Part shown: positions 28,681 to 38,724 of the stretch, one piece after another
Layout: each line of letters begins with the position of its first letter
Position numbering within the stretch: the first letter of the stretch is position 1
DNA from: Archangiaceae bacterium
GTDB taxonomy: Bacteria > Myxococcota > Myxococcia > Myxococcales > Myxococcaceae
Reading direction: 5' to 3'
Assembly: GCA_043750125.1 (NCBI GenBank)
Contig: JAYVCD010000031.1
Coordinates: 1 to 51,615, forward strand
Length of the DNA stretch: 51,615 nucleotides
Translations under genes and position numbers: made by a program
The notes under the pieces: generated by a model
What the model saw: only the letters and a program-made list of their open reading frames with translations
Told to the model about the DNA's origin: nothing
Databases searched by the model: none

Positions 28681-29769
28681 TCAGGCGGCGAGATTTCGGG
28701 TGCGCGTGCTGCGCAGCACTTTGTCCAGGCGCGCTACCCCCGCTTCAATCTGATCCATCGGGACCGAGGAGAAGCTCACCCGCAGCGCGAGCGGTTGGTG
28801 CGGGTCCGGGTTGGTCCGAAACAGCCCGCCCGGGTCGAACGCCACCCCATTCTCGAGCGCGGCGTAGAGCCACGACGCATCGCTGCCGGCGAGGTCCGTC
28901 TCGACCCAGACCGAGAAGCCCCCATTGGGCATGGTGAAACGGATCCCCGGAATGTGAACCAGCGACGAGAGCAGCCGCTCGCACCGCTGCCGGTAGTGCG
29001 CGCGCAGCTTCTCGAGCCGGGGCTCGAACTCAGGGGAACCGAGCAGCCGTTCGACCACCGCCTGGGACAGCCCACAGGCCTGCAGATCTCTCTTGGCCTT
29101 CACCGCCAGCACTTTGCTGCGCACCGCCGCCGGGGCGATCAACCACCCCACCCGCAAGCCCGGCGCGAGCACCTTCGAAAACGTCCCGATGAAATAGACG
29201 CGATCTGGAGCATCGGCGAGCAGCGGCCGCGGGGGAGGCCCACTGAAAAGGAGGTCGGCGTAGGCGTCGTCTTCGATCACGATTTCCGCAGCCAGACATT
29301 GGGTGCGCTGTTCCGGCGTCATCGTCGAGCCCACCGGGTTGCTGATCACCGGCATCACGTATGTCACCGGCTGCAGCAGGTGGGCGTCGGGAGCACACTG
29401 CGCCGATTCGAAGATGTCGAGCGCGCCGGGGTAGGTGACCCGATCGACCTGGACCTGCAGGGAGCCGATCACTTCCATCGCGATCGCCAGGGCATCCTGC
29501 GCGCCGTTGGTGATGATCACATCGTCGGGCTGAATCATTGCGCCTCGCCTGCGCATTCTTGTCGCAATCAAGGTGCGCAAGACCAGCCGACCCTCGGGCC
29601 AATCGTACTGAAGCGCTGAAGGACCGACATCGCCCACCGCATCGCTGGCCGCCTGCGCCAACGCCTTGTGCGGGAAGGTTTCCAGCGCCGGAAGTCCTCC
29701 CGCAAAGGAAATGATCCCCTCGCGGGCTGCCGCACAACGAAGCAGGCCATCGATGGTTCGAGTTCGCAT
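28681..29769 (-). CDS. PLP-dependent aminotransferase class I (MocR/LysN-like, no HTH)
   Basis: ISFAGGLP, TNGAQDAL, SNPVG, EDDAY, GTFSKVLAPGLRVGW. Confidence 0.9.
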   Translation of the reverse strand: MRTRTIDGLLRCAAAREGIISFAGGLPALETFPHKALAQAASDAVGDVGPSALQYDWPEGRLVLRTLIATRMRRRGAMIQPDDVIITNGAQDALAIAMEVIGSLQVQVDRVTYPGALDIFESAQCAPDAHLLQPVTYVMPVISNPVGSTMTPEQRTQCLAAEIVIEDDAYADLLFSGPPPRPLLADAPDRVYFIGTFSKVLAPGLRVGWLIAPAAVRSKVLAVKAKRDLQACGLSQAVVERLLGSPEFEPRLEKLRAHYRQRCERLLSSLVHIPGIRFTMPNGGFSVWVETDLAGSDASWLYAALENGVAFDPGGLFRTNPDPHQPLALRVSFSSVPMDQIEAGVARLDKVLRSTRTRNLAA

Positions 29770-29908
29770 CAGCAGTCAATTTGCATTCAGTGTGCCGCAC
29801 TGCGCTTTGCTGGAATTGTTCAGGTGACCCTGCAGATCACAATGGGACTGGGGATGCCTGCCAACAACAGTGGTCACCGGGCCGTTTCCAGCGCAGCATT
29901 TACAATCA

Positions 29909-29921
29909 AATCAAGAAGTTG
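29909..29921 (+). promoter_or_regulatory. IHF site
   Basis: AATCAAGAAGTTG is a perfect WATCAANNNNTTR match, just upstream of a sigma54 promoter. Confidence 0.7.
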
Positions 29922-29937
29922 GGCCCTGCCCTGCGCT

Positions 29938-29953
29938 TGGCACCGTCGGTGCT
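29938..29953 (+). promoter_or_regulatory. sigma54 promoter
   Basis: TGGCAC-CGTCG-GTGCT, about 40 bp before ATG 29995. Confidence 0.75.
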
Positions 29954-29994
29954 GTAGCGACCCCCAACCTTCGTTCGCGCACTCCAGGGACGTG

Positions 29995-32580
29995 ATGCTC
30001 CTTCCTAAAAAAAGTGTCGCCGCGCTGCTCGGCGTTCTGTTGCCACTGACCGCCTTCGCTTCGGGGTTCGGAATCTATGGGCACTCAGGCAAGACCGCGG
30101 CGATTTGCACCGCTTGTCACTCGGTCGCCGGCGGCACGGCCCCGACGGTGGCCTTCACCGGCCCGGCCGCGCTGAGCGTCGGTCAGACCGGAACGTACAC
30201 CTTCACCATCACCGGAGGCCCGGGGGTCAAGGGGGGGATGAACGTCGCCGTCAGCGGCAGCGCCGCGATTCTCACTGCCGGAACCGGCCAGTCCGCAAGC
30301 ATGAACGAGCTGACCCATGCCTCGCCCCAGTCCTTTGCCGGCGGCACCGCGAGCTGGACCTTCACGCTGACGGCGCCCGCGACCCCCGGAACCGTCACTC
30401 TCTACGGCGCGGGCAATTCGACCGACGGCTTTGGTGACACCGGAGATCGCAGTGCAGTGATCACCAAGGTCATCACCATCGACCCTCCGGCCAATACCGC
30501 GCCGACCGTCGCCACGGCCGCTGCCGCCACCGCCGCCAGCGCCACCACCCGCGCGCTGTCGGTGCTGGGCGCCGATGACGCCGGTGAAGCCCCCCTCACA
30601 TACACCTGGGATGCGACGACCGCGCCGATGCCGGTGACCTTCTCGCTCAACGGGACCAACGCGGCCAGGAACACAACCGCCAGCTTCACCCGCGCCGGCA
30701 ACTACGTCTTCACCGTGACCATCAAGGACGCTGCGAACCTCACTGTCACCAGCACGGTGAGCGTCACCATCGGGCAGCAGTTGATCAGCATCGCCGCGGC
30801 CCCATCGAGCGTGGGGGTGGCCGTCAGCCGGACCCAGCAGTTCACCGCCACGGGCACCGACCAGTTCGGCAACCCGGTGACCCCGGTGCCCACCTGGGCG
30901 TGGAGCGCCAGCGGAGGCGGAACCATCAACGCCACCACCGGCCTGTACACCGCGGGCGCGGCCGCGGGAGGCCCCTTCACGGTCACGGCCGGCTCGGCCG
31001 GAAAAACGGGCACCGCGCAGGTCACAGTTTCGGTCGGCACACCGCCCACGGTCGCAACGGCGGCGGCGGCGGCGACCAACCCGGTGACCTCGCGCTCGGT
31101 GGTGCTCTCGGTGATTGGCGCCGATGACGGCGGCGAGCCCGCGCTCACCTACACCTGGAGCGTCGCGTCGGCCCCGGCCGCCGTCTCGTACAGCGTCAAC
31201 GCCACCAACGCGGCGAAGAGCACCACCGCCACGTTCCTCAAGGCGGGCAGCTACGCCTTCATGGTGACCATCAAGGACGCCACCAACCTGACCATCTCGA
31301 GCAACGTGATGGTGATCGTCAATGCGCAGCTGCAGATGCTGATGGTGGCTCCGGCGACCGCGGTCGTGGCGCCCGACGGGACCAAGCAGTTCACGGTCAC
31401 CGCCAATGATCAGTTCGGCACGGCGATCTTCCCCGTCCCCACCCTCACGTGGACTGTCCCCAGCGCGGGCGGAACGGTCAACGCCGCCGGCCTGTTCCAC
31501 GCCGCGAGCACCTCGGGCCCGTTCACCGTGACGGCGACCACCGGGTCGAAGAGTGCCACTGCGATGGTGACGGTCACCAGCGGGGGCGCGCCGCTGGTGG
31601 CCACTGCGCCTTCAGCCACGCCAGCCAACGTGGTCGGCAAGTCCACCGCGATTCGGGTGTTGGGCAGCGACGATGGGGGCGAAGTGGCGCTGACGTACAA
31701 GTGGGTCGGGGCCGGCCCCGGGGCGGTGAGCTTTGCGGAGAACAACAGCAACGCGGCGAAGAGCACGACGGCGACTTTCTCCAAGGCGGGTCTCTACACC
31801 CTGACGGTCACGCTGCAGGACCTGGGGGGAATGACCACCACCACGACGGTGGAAGTGACGGTCTCGCAGAGCCTGACGACGCTCCTGGTGAGTCCGGCGA
31901 CGATCAACCTTTCGCCCAACGCCACCCAGATTTTCGCCGCGGTGGCGATGGATCAGTTCGACGACGCGCTCGGTGCGGCGCCGACGGTCGCGTGGGTCGC
32001 CACGGGCGGTGGGACGATCGATGACCAGGGGCTGTTGACGGCCCGTGCGGCTCCCGGGGGTCCGTACACCATCAGCGCTGCGTCGAACGGCGTTCGGGGC
32101 ACGGCGATCGTGACCATCGGCGAAGGGGGCAACGACGTCTCGGCCCCGACCGTCTCGATCAAGGCTCCGATCGCGGGGGCGGTGCTTTCGGGCGCAACAA
32201 CCTTGAAGGTCGATGCCACCGACAATGTGGGGGTGACCGAAGTGACGTGGCTGCTCGATGGTGAATCGCTGGGTGTGGTGAGCGCGGCTCCGTTCGAGTT
32301 GGTGTTCCAGGCCCGGTCTGCGACCAGGGGCGCCCACGTCCTCGAGGCGATCGCGAGGGACGCGGCGGGCAACATCGGCAAATCTTCGAAGGTGTCGATT
32401 TCGATTGGCTCAGCGGGCCAGGGAGATCTGACGGGCGGCTGCAGCAGCAGCGCGGGCAGCTCGCCGATGGCGTGGGCGTTCCTGGTGGGGCTCGGCTTCG
32501 CGTTGTTGGGTCGAGCGCGGCCCAGAGTCAGCGGTGTGGTCGCAATCTCGAGGACACAACTCGGGGCGATCGACTGCTGA
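29995..32580 (+). CDS. Surface protein: CxxCH/Reeler-like head (MXAN_6652-like), three PKD+Ig repeat units, Big-like domain, MYXO-CTERM anchor
   Basis: Signal ...LTAFA; GHSGKTAAICTACH...ELTH...TLYGAGNS; three copies of LGxDDxGExxLTYxW...DQF; DVSAPTVSI...ATDNVGV; GGCSSSAG...WAFLVGLGFALLGRARPR. Confidence 0.85.
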   Translation: MLLPKKSVAALLGVLLPLTAFASGFGIYGHSGKTAAICTACHSVAGGTAPTVAFTGPAALSVGQTGTYTFTITGGPGVKGGMNVAVSGSAAILTAGTGQSASMNELTHASPQSFAGGTASWTFTLTAPATPGTVTLYGAGNSTDGFGDTGDRSAVITKVITIDPPANTAPTVATAAAATAASATTRALSVLGADDAGEAPLTYTWDATTAPMPVTFSLNGTNAARNTTASFTRAGNYVFTVTIKDAANLTVTSTVSVTIGQQLISIAAAPSSVGVAVSRTQQFTATGTDQFGNPVTPVPTWAWSASGGGTINATTGLYTAGAAAGGPFTVTAGSAGKTGTAQVTVSVGTPPTVATAAAAATNPVTSRSVVLSVIGADDGGEPALTYTWSVASAPAAVSYSVNATNAAKSTTATFLKAGSYAFMVTIKDATNLTISSNVMVIVNAQLQMLMVAPATAVVAPDGTKQFTVTANDQFGTAIFPVPTLTWTVPSAGGTVNAAGLFHAASTSGPFTVTATTGSKSATAMVTVTSGGAPLVATAPSATPANVVGKSTAIRVLGSDDGGEVALTYKWVGAGPGAVSFAENNSNAAKSTTATFSKAGLYTLTVTLQDLGGMTTTTTVEVTVSQSLTTLLVSPATINLSPNATQIFAAVAMDQFDDALGAAPTVAWVATGGGTIDDQGLLTARAAPGGPYTISAASNGVRGTAIVTIGEGGNDVSAPTVSIKAPIAGAVLSGATTLKVDATDNVGVTEVTWLLDGESLGVVSAAPFELVFQARSATRGAHVLEAIARDAAGNIGKSSKVSISIGSAGQGDLTGGCSSSAGSSPMAWAFLVGLGFALLGRARPRVSGVVAISRTQLGAIDC

Positions 32581-33037
32581 AGAGGGGGCGCGCGCGTCAG
32601 GCTCGAACGTGCGCTCCATGCGGTGATGAGAAGTGGCGCCGGAAGTTCCAGGGCATCGAGGCGGGTGACCTTGGCCCGCTGACCCCATCGGGGTGTGGTC
32701 AAAAGGCCAAGGTCAATGGGGCAAGGCGGCGCGGCGGGCAAAACAGGCAAAAGGGGTAAAATGGACTCGCGGGCTCACGGTCACGGCTCCTTCGTCAAGA
32801 GCAGCAGACCTGGAAGAAGAAAACGGATGTCCTGAAGAGAATCATCGCTCAGAGCCGACCGTGTTGCGGCGCGGGTCACGGGCGGTGGAAGTGAGGTCGG
32901 CGATCGCGGCTGAAGCGGAAACGATGGATCGCTCTTCTCGTGACGGGCAGCTATCACCTCTACGAACAACGCCTCGAAAGGTCGCACCGCCACCGCACGC
33001 CTGGCAACAATCTCGCTGACCTCCATCGGAGCGCCTG

Positions 33038-33616
33038 ATGAGAATCGAAGGGTCGATGGTACTTCTGCTGCCGGCGCTGCTGTCGAGCGGCTGCGTGCGA
33101 CAGATGCTGAAGGAAGTGTTGAAGGATGAAATCAGCGAGCAGAAGAAAGAGCTGCACCTGAGGTACCTGAGCGACCACGCGGATTATGAAAAGGACGGCC
33201 AGCCGATCCCCGCGGCTTCCTGGCGAACGCCGGAAATAGGACGCGAGGCGCATCTTCGGGCTCAGAGTGCGCTGCAGGCGCACTGCGGAAAGCTCGATGA
33301 AGCTGCTTCGTCCCCGAGGGTGTTGGTCTCCGAGTGGGAGAAGACAGGCCGTCGAAACTCGTTTACGCGGTTGTGGCTGAGGTGCTCAGTGAGACTGGTC
33401 CCGGAGACGCAAGAGTCGGGGTCGGAGCTCATCGCGACGTTCGCGGTCGCCGATTGCCCGCGGTTGAAGCTGACCGACGACGCCATCGCGAACGCTCACA
33501 TCAGCTCGAGCGAGGTTGAAGCCAGATGTAAGTTGATTGCAGCGATCCCGGCCGCGATGGTGTCATTCACCAAGACCGAGCACCCTTCGGTGTCGGAAAA
33601 AAAGAGCCTGAAATGA
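33038..33616 (+). CDS. Hypothetical lipoprotein
   Basis: LLLPALLSSGC lipobox; GGAG RBS. Confidence 0.55.
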   Translation: MRIEGSMVLLLPALLSSGCVRQMLKEVLKDEISEQKKELHLRYLSDHADYEKDGQPIPAASWRTPEIGREAHLRAQSALQAHCGKLDEAASSPRVLVSEWEKTGRRNSFTRLWLRCSVRLVPETQESGSELIATFAVADCPRLKLTDDAIANAHISSSEVEARCKLIAAIPAAMVSFTKTEHPSVSEKKSLK

Positions 33617-33644
33617 TCGACAGAAAATTTCTGGGACCGAGGTC

Positions 33645-34742
33645 CTGAAGCTTCGTCCCTTCGCGCTCGAGCGGTTCTTCGCGCAACACGAGTTTCGGGT
33701 GCGGCTGCTGGCGTGCGCCTCGGACCCTGAGCCGCTGACGATCGAAGAGCTGCTCGCGTACGAGCCCGCAGCCCAAGAACGGCTGCTGAAGCTCCCGCTG
33801 GGGTACGTCGACGCGGTGGGCACGCCCGAGCTTCGCAGTGCGATCGCCGCGATCTACGAGCAAAGAACGGCCGAGGACGTGCTGTGCTTCGCGGGCGCCG
33901 AAGAGCCGATCTTCGCGTTCTTCAATGAAGTGCTCAGTCCGGGCGATCACGTCATCGCGCACTGGCCCGCGTACCCGTCGCTGGTCTCGGTGGCTGAAGC
34001 GGTGGGGGCGGGGGTGACGAAGTGGGAAGCCGACGAGAGCGGCGGCTGGCAGCTGGATCCCGACGCGCTCCCGCGGCTGCTCCGGCCAAACACCCGGGTG
34101 CTGGTGATCAACTCGCCTCACAACCCGACGGGCGCGCTGCTCGAGCCCGACCGCCTCGAGGCGATCGTGGCCTTCGCGCGGAAGCACGGGCTGTGGCTGT
34201 TCTCTGACGAGGTGTACCGGGGCCTCGAGCACGAGCCCAGAAAGCGGAATCCCGCGGTGGCAGATCTCTACGAGCGGGGAATTTCCCTCGGCGCGCTGGC
34301 GAAGGCCTACGGGCTGGCGGGCCTGCGCATCGGCTGGGTGGCCTGCGCAGACCGGGCGCTGCTGGCCCGGCTCTCGGCGTTCAAGGACTACCTGACCATC
34401 TGCAACGCGGGCCCGAGCGAGCTGTTGGGCGCGCTCGCCCTGCGAAACGGCGAAGCGCTGATCGCGCGCTGTCGAAAAATCATTCTCGAGAACCTGGGCA
34501 TCGCCACCGCCTTCCTCGCGCGCCACCCCCAGCTGACCTGGGTGCAACCGACGGCGGGGTCGACCGGGCTGGTGCGGGTCGAGCAGGCCGGCTCGTTCTC
34601 CTCGCGCCTGCTCGAGGCCACCGGAGTGCTGGTCCTGCCGAGCTGCGAGCTCGAGTTCGGCGATGCCCACTTCCGATTGGGGCTCGGGCGCCGGAACCTT
34701 CCCCAGGCGTTGGCCGAGATTGAACGCTGGCTTTCTTCCTGA
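33645..34742 (+). CDS. PLP-dependent aminotransferase class I/II
   Basis: LKLRPFALERFFAQHEF...LACASD, LGY...GTPELR, INSPHNPTG, FSDEVYRGL, LAKAYGLAGLRIGW. Similarity extends to a CTG at 33645. Confidence 0.88.
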   Translation: MKLRPFALERFFAQHEFRVRLLACASDPEPLTIEELLAYEPAAQERLLKLPLGYVDAVGTPELRSAIAAIYEQRTAEDVLCFAGAEEPIFAFFNEVLSPGDHVIAHWPAYPSLVSVAEAVGAGVTKWEADESGGWQLDPDALPRLLRPNTRVLVINSPHNPTGALLEPDRLEAIVAFARKHGLWLFSDEVYRGLEHEPRKRNPAVADLYERGISLGALAKAYGLAGLRIGWVACADRALLARLSAFKDYLTICNAGPSELLGALALRNGEALIARCRKIILENLGIATAFLARHPQLTWVQPTAGSTGLVRVEQAGSFSSRLLEATGVLVLPSCELEFGDAHFRLGLGRRNLPQALAEIERWLSS

Positions 34743-34953
34743 CCCCCGGACCCCTCTTTTTTGAGCAACGGGGCAGGCTTGGGGGCAGGCGGAACTTTCC
34801 TCCGATTCCTGATCCACCCCGGTTTGAAGTGGGATGACCCGTTCTCAGGTGGTGTCTCCTCGCTCCAGTCCAAATCGGCTGCTCCGGCCTGTTTGGGGCC
34901 CCACCAACCCCTGAACCGACGGCCACGACTGGGGAATCACAATCAGCTGCACC

Positions 34954-34969
34954 CGGCACGTTCGGTGCT
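34954..34969 (+). promoter_or_regulatory. sigma54 promoter of the three-gene operon
   Basis: CGGCAC-GTTCG-GTGCT, 50 bp upstream of ATG 35019. Confidence 0.65.
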
Positions 34970-35018
34970 CTAGCCCGCTCAACAAGAAATCAACCCGCTT
35001 TGGAAAAGGTGGCTGACG

Positions 35019-35951
35019 ATGAAGAAAACACTTCGAGCGATTCTTCCCCTTCTCATCGGAATCCTGCTCGTTTCGAGCGCAGCGTCAGCCCAGTCCACAC
35101 CGGAATCCAGAGAGCGTTGCGCGACGCGGTTGTCGGCAACGCTGCTTGGACAAACCGCGACGGCGGCTCTGATTGCTTCAGCCACCCCCCAGACGAGCGT
35201 CGATGCGATGGTCGCCTCTCCGTTGTTTCAGGAGAAGTTCGCCCGGTTCATCAACTCCAAATACAACGCGGACCCGGGGGTGGTGCCGGCCGAAGACGCC
35301 AGCTACTACCTGAGCAAATACGTCCTGCAGAACAACAAGCCCTGGAGCGACCTGTTCATCGGTCAATACCGGGTGGATCCGGGCGCCTCGGCCACGGCCG
35401 ACGCGGTCGTCGTCGCCGACGCAAACGGCCTCGGCTACTTCCGCAGCCGCACGTGGATGGTGCGCTACGCGGGCAACGAGCTCGACGGCTATCGCATCGC
35501 CGCCGGCTACCGGATGATGAACAACGTGTTGGGCCTGAAGCTGGTGGCCGCGGTCAACACCAACGGGGTCAACGCCGCGGGCCGAATGCAGGCTGCCTGC
35601 GCCGGGTGCCACTACAACCAGACCTTCGGCCTCGACTACGTCTCGAAGATTCTCTCGCGACGGGTTGGTACCAACGCCGCGACGATGACCTTCGCTCCTC
35701 CCAGTGAAGGAGCCCAGCCGGTGCTCGGAGGGCAGATGCTCAGCGACGACAAGCAGTTCGTGAACAACATGGTCAACTCCACCGACTACAAGTTCAACGC
35801 GTGCCGGACGGCGATGGAGTTCCTCTACGCCCGAGCCGAGTTCAAGTGTGAAGGGCCTGTCTTCGATGCCTGCATGACTGCATTCACGGCCACCGGAATG
35901 ATTCAGTCCGCCATCGCCGCCACCGCCAAGGACCCTGGCTTCTGCCAGTAA
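35019..35951 (+). CDS. Secreted protein with one CxxCH (CAGCH) motif, reminiscent of DUF1588/DUF1585-type proteins
   Basis: Signal ...SAASA; ACAGCHY; C-terminal FNACRTAMEFLYAR...AIAATAKDPGFCQ. Confidence 0.75.
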   Translation: MKKTLRAILPLLIGILLVSSAASAQSTPESRERCATRLSATLLGQTATAALIASATPQTSVDAMVASPLFQEKFARFINSKYNADPGVVPAEDASYYLSKYVLQNNKPWSDLFIGQYRVDPGASATADAVVVADANGLGYFRSRTWMVRYAGNELDGYRIAAGYRMMNNVLGLKLVAAVNTNGVNAAGRMQAACAGCHYNQTFGLDYVSKILSRRVGTNAATMTFAPPSEGAQPVLGGQMLSDDKQFVNNMVNSTDYKFNACRTAMEFLYARAEFKCEGPVFDACMTAFTATGMIQSAIAATAKDPGFCQ

Positions 35952-35962
35952 AGGAGGACGAC

Positions 35963-38707
35963 ATGAAAACGACGACTCGCAAGCTCTTCTCTGCCCTGGT
36001 CCCGATGATGGTGCTGTTCACTCTTGCTGGCTGCGTCGGAGGAGCAGTCATCACGCCTCCCGAAGAAAAGCCGAAGCCGATCATCACCCCCGACCCGACG
36101 GTCCACACCTCGGCGATGCTCGTTCTCACCGCCACGGCCGGCCCAGCGATGATCAGCGTGGGCCAGGACATCACCCTCGCCGTGACCGTTCGCAACACCG
36201 GTGAAGCCACCGCCTCGGGCGTCGTCCCCACCACCCCGAAGCAGACCGGCAACGGCCATGCGGTGATCAAGACCGCGCCCAACCCGGTCGACATTGCCGG
36301 AGGCCAGTCGCAGCTGTTCACCTTCATCCTCACCGCGACCGATTCTGGCTCGATCACCTTCGAGGTGGCCGCAGACGGAATCGACATCGAGCATGACCAC
36401 GGAGTGAGCGCCGACCCGGCGAGCGCTTCTGTCGTCGTGCAGAGCGCGGCGATGCTGATGGTTCAGTCCCTCCGCGCCCCGGCTTCCGGGTTGATTGGCG
36501 CGGACTTCACCGTCACCATGACCGTTGCCAACGGGGGTCAGTCTGCAGCGCTGGCCACCACGCCTGACGCCCTGGTCCTCAGCGGCTCGGGTTCGTCGAC
36601 GCTCGTCTCGGGTCCGACCCCGAACATGGCGAGCATCCCCCAGGGCAGCTCGGCCACCTTCACCTGGGTCTACAAGGCCTCGGGCAGTGGCGCGGTCATC
36701 TTCACCGGTGGCGCGAAGGGAATCGATGGCAACAGCCAGACCCCGCTCATTGCTTCGGCGCTGTCTTCTTCGCCCATCGACGTGAACACTCCCGCCAAGC
36801 TCGAGGCGATGATGTCGATTCCGACCTCGCTCTCGGCGAACCAGACCTTCACCGCAACCCTGGTGGTCACCAACACCGGCAGCGCGACTGCGAAGAACGT
36901 TCTTCCTTCGCCGCTGCTGCCCGCCTCGGTCAGCGCGACCGGCAACGCGTCGGCTGCTGCTGCGGTTTCGCCCGCGGCAGTCGATATTCCGGGCGGCGGC
37001 ACCGTGACCTTCACCTGGGACTACCTGGCCAGCGGCGCAGGCACGATGTCCATCTCTGCCGGCGCTGGTGGCACCGACGAGGCCTCGGGCGCGGTGATCA
37101 ACTCCTCGCTGGCCAAGTCGAATGCCGCGACCGTGATGGCTCCTTCGGCCCTCGCAGTCACCTCGCTGACCGCTCCCTCGCTGCTCAACCGCGGTCAGGC
37201 CTTCAACGTGACGATGGTGGTGAAGAACAACGGTGGCACCGCCGCCAACGCCGTGCTCCCCAACCCGAACCCGGCCACCGTCGCGCCGACGGGTGGGGCC
37301 AACGCCACCACCGCCACTACGCTCACCGCGCAGAACATCGCCCCCGGTGCGAGCGCGACCTTCACCTGGTCCTACGTCGAGAACGGAACGGCGGTCGGTA
37401 ACCTGTCCTTCACGGCAGGCGCCCGCGGCACGGCGGCCGGCACCGGTACGGTGGTGAACGCCAACCCGAGCTCGTCCAACCTCTCAGTGGTCGTCGCTCC
37501 GCCCTCGCTGATCATCGACTCGGTCACCTTGCCGGCGAAGATCTCTCGCGGGCAGACCTACAACGCGGTGGTCGTGGTTCGAAACAGCGGTGGCTCGGCG
37601 GCCAACAACGTGCTGCCCAGCCTCACCCAGACCGTCACCGGAATGGCAGCCGCCACCCCGACGGCACAGACGCCGGTCAACATCGCCGGCGGGGCGAAGG
37701 CCACCTTCACCTACCCCTACCTCGAGAATGGCAGCGGCCCGGGCGCGCTGAAGCTCTCGGTTACCGCCAGCGGCACAGACGTGACGAACGGCCAGACGCT
37801 CTTCGCCGCCGCGGTCCAGTCGCAGCTGCTCACCGTCGAGACCCCGGCCCAGCTGACCATCTCGGCGCTCAGCCTCCCGGCGACCCTCAACCGCGGTGCC
37901 TCGTTCGCCCTCTCGATGACCATCACCAACTCAGGTCAGGCAACGGCCACCAACGTGACTGCGATTCCTTCTCCTCCCACCGCGGTCGTGACCGGTGGAG
38001 TGGTGGTGAGCACGAGCAGCACGGCGACCCCGGTCACCATCCTCGGCGGCACCAGCCAGACCTTCACCTGGCTCTACACCGAGACGGGCACGGGCGCAGG
38101 CACGGTGTCCTTCAACGGCGCAGCGCAGGGGCTCGATGGCAATAGTGCGAAGGTCCTCGCGGTTGCGTCCCGAGTGTCCAATGCGTCGGCCATCTCTGTG
38201 CCCATGGGCTGCAATGGCAGCTTGCTCTACGCGGGTTTTGGCGGCCGCAGCCTCGATGGAGATCGCCTCGACCAGCTGGTGGGCACCGACCGGCAAAGGG
38301 TCAAGCCCTACGCGGTCCTGGTGACCGACTACAACCGGGTCCTCGGTTTGACTCCTTCCTACATTCAAGGTCAGGCCGCGACCTTCAATCAACCCGCGGT
38401 TCGCTGGGCTGAGGAACAGGAAATGAGCGCCATCAGCATGTACCAGGCGTTCCAGGCGTCCTTCCAGGGTTGCCTGACCTACACCGGAACGTCGGCACAA
38501 TACGGGGCCAACCCCACCGCGGCGACGGCCAGCACCGAATGCACCAACTTCCAGAAAAAGTTCTGGTCGAGGATTCCTTCGGCAGCAGAGACGACTGCCT
38601 GCGTAACCTTCGCAACGTCGGCCGTGAACAACGACGCCAACGCGCGGCGCCGGTGGGCTTACACCTGTGCTTCGGTACTGACTTCCACTGGTTTCCTCGC
38701 GCACTGA
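35963..38707 (+). CDS. Lipoprotein with six CARDB/Ig-like repeats and a Cys-containing helical C-terminal domain
   Basis: AGGAGG RBS; lipobox LAGC; six repeats of the type 'P..GQ.F...V.N.G...A..V.P...I..G...TFTW.Y'; C-terminal FWSRIPSAAE...RRWAYTCASVLTSTGFL. Confidence 0.8.
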   Translation: MKTTTRKLFSALVPMMVLFTLAGCVGGAVITPPEEKPKPIITPDPTVHTSAMLVLTATAGPAMISVGQDITLAVTVRNTGEATASGVVPTTPKQTGNGHAVIKTAPNPVDIAGGQSQLFTFILTATDSGSITFEVAADGIDIEHDHGVSADPASASVVVQSAAMLMVQSLRAPASGLIGADFTVTMTVANGGQSAALATTPDALVLSGSGSSTLVSGPTPNMASIPQGSSATFTWVYKASGSGAVIFTGGAKGIDGNSQTPLIASALSSSPIDVNTPAKLEAMMSIPTSLSANQTFTATLVVTNTGSATAKNVLPSPLLPASVSATGNASAAAAVSPAAVDIPGGGTVTFTWDYLASGAGTMSISAGAGGTDEASGAVINSSLAKSNAATVMAPSALAVTSLTAPSLLNRGQAFNVTMVVKNNGGTAANAVLPNPNPATVAPTGGANATTATTLTAQNIAPGASATFTWSYVENGTAVGNLSFTAGARGTAAGTGTVVNANPSSSNLSVVVAPPSLIIDSVTLPAKISRGQTYNAVVVVRNSGGSAANNVLPSLTQTVTGMAAATPTAQTPVNIAGGAKATFTYPYLENGSGPGALKLSVTASGTDVTNGQTLFAAAVQSQLLTVETPAQLTISALSLPATLNRGASFALSMTITNSGQATATNVTAIPSPPTAVVTGGVVVSTSSTATPVTILGGTSQTFTWLYTETGTGAGTVSFNGAAQGLDGNSAKVLAVASRVSNASAISVPMGCNGSLLYAGFGGRSLDGDRLDQLVGTDRQRVKPYAVLVTDYNRVLGLTPSYIQGQAATFNQPAVRWAEEQEMSAISMYQAFQASFQGCLTYTGTSAQYGANPTAATASTECTNFQKKFWSRIPSAAETTACVTFATSAVNNDANARRRWAYTCASVLTSTGFLAH

Positions 38708-38724
38708 GAAAGGACGGAGACGCA

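Noticed and set aside
32590-33026. Short minus-strand ORFs, one with an NFRRHF AraC-like word
   Set aside because: Too little similarity to support a call; may be further remnants.
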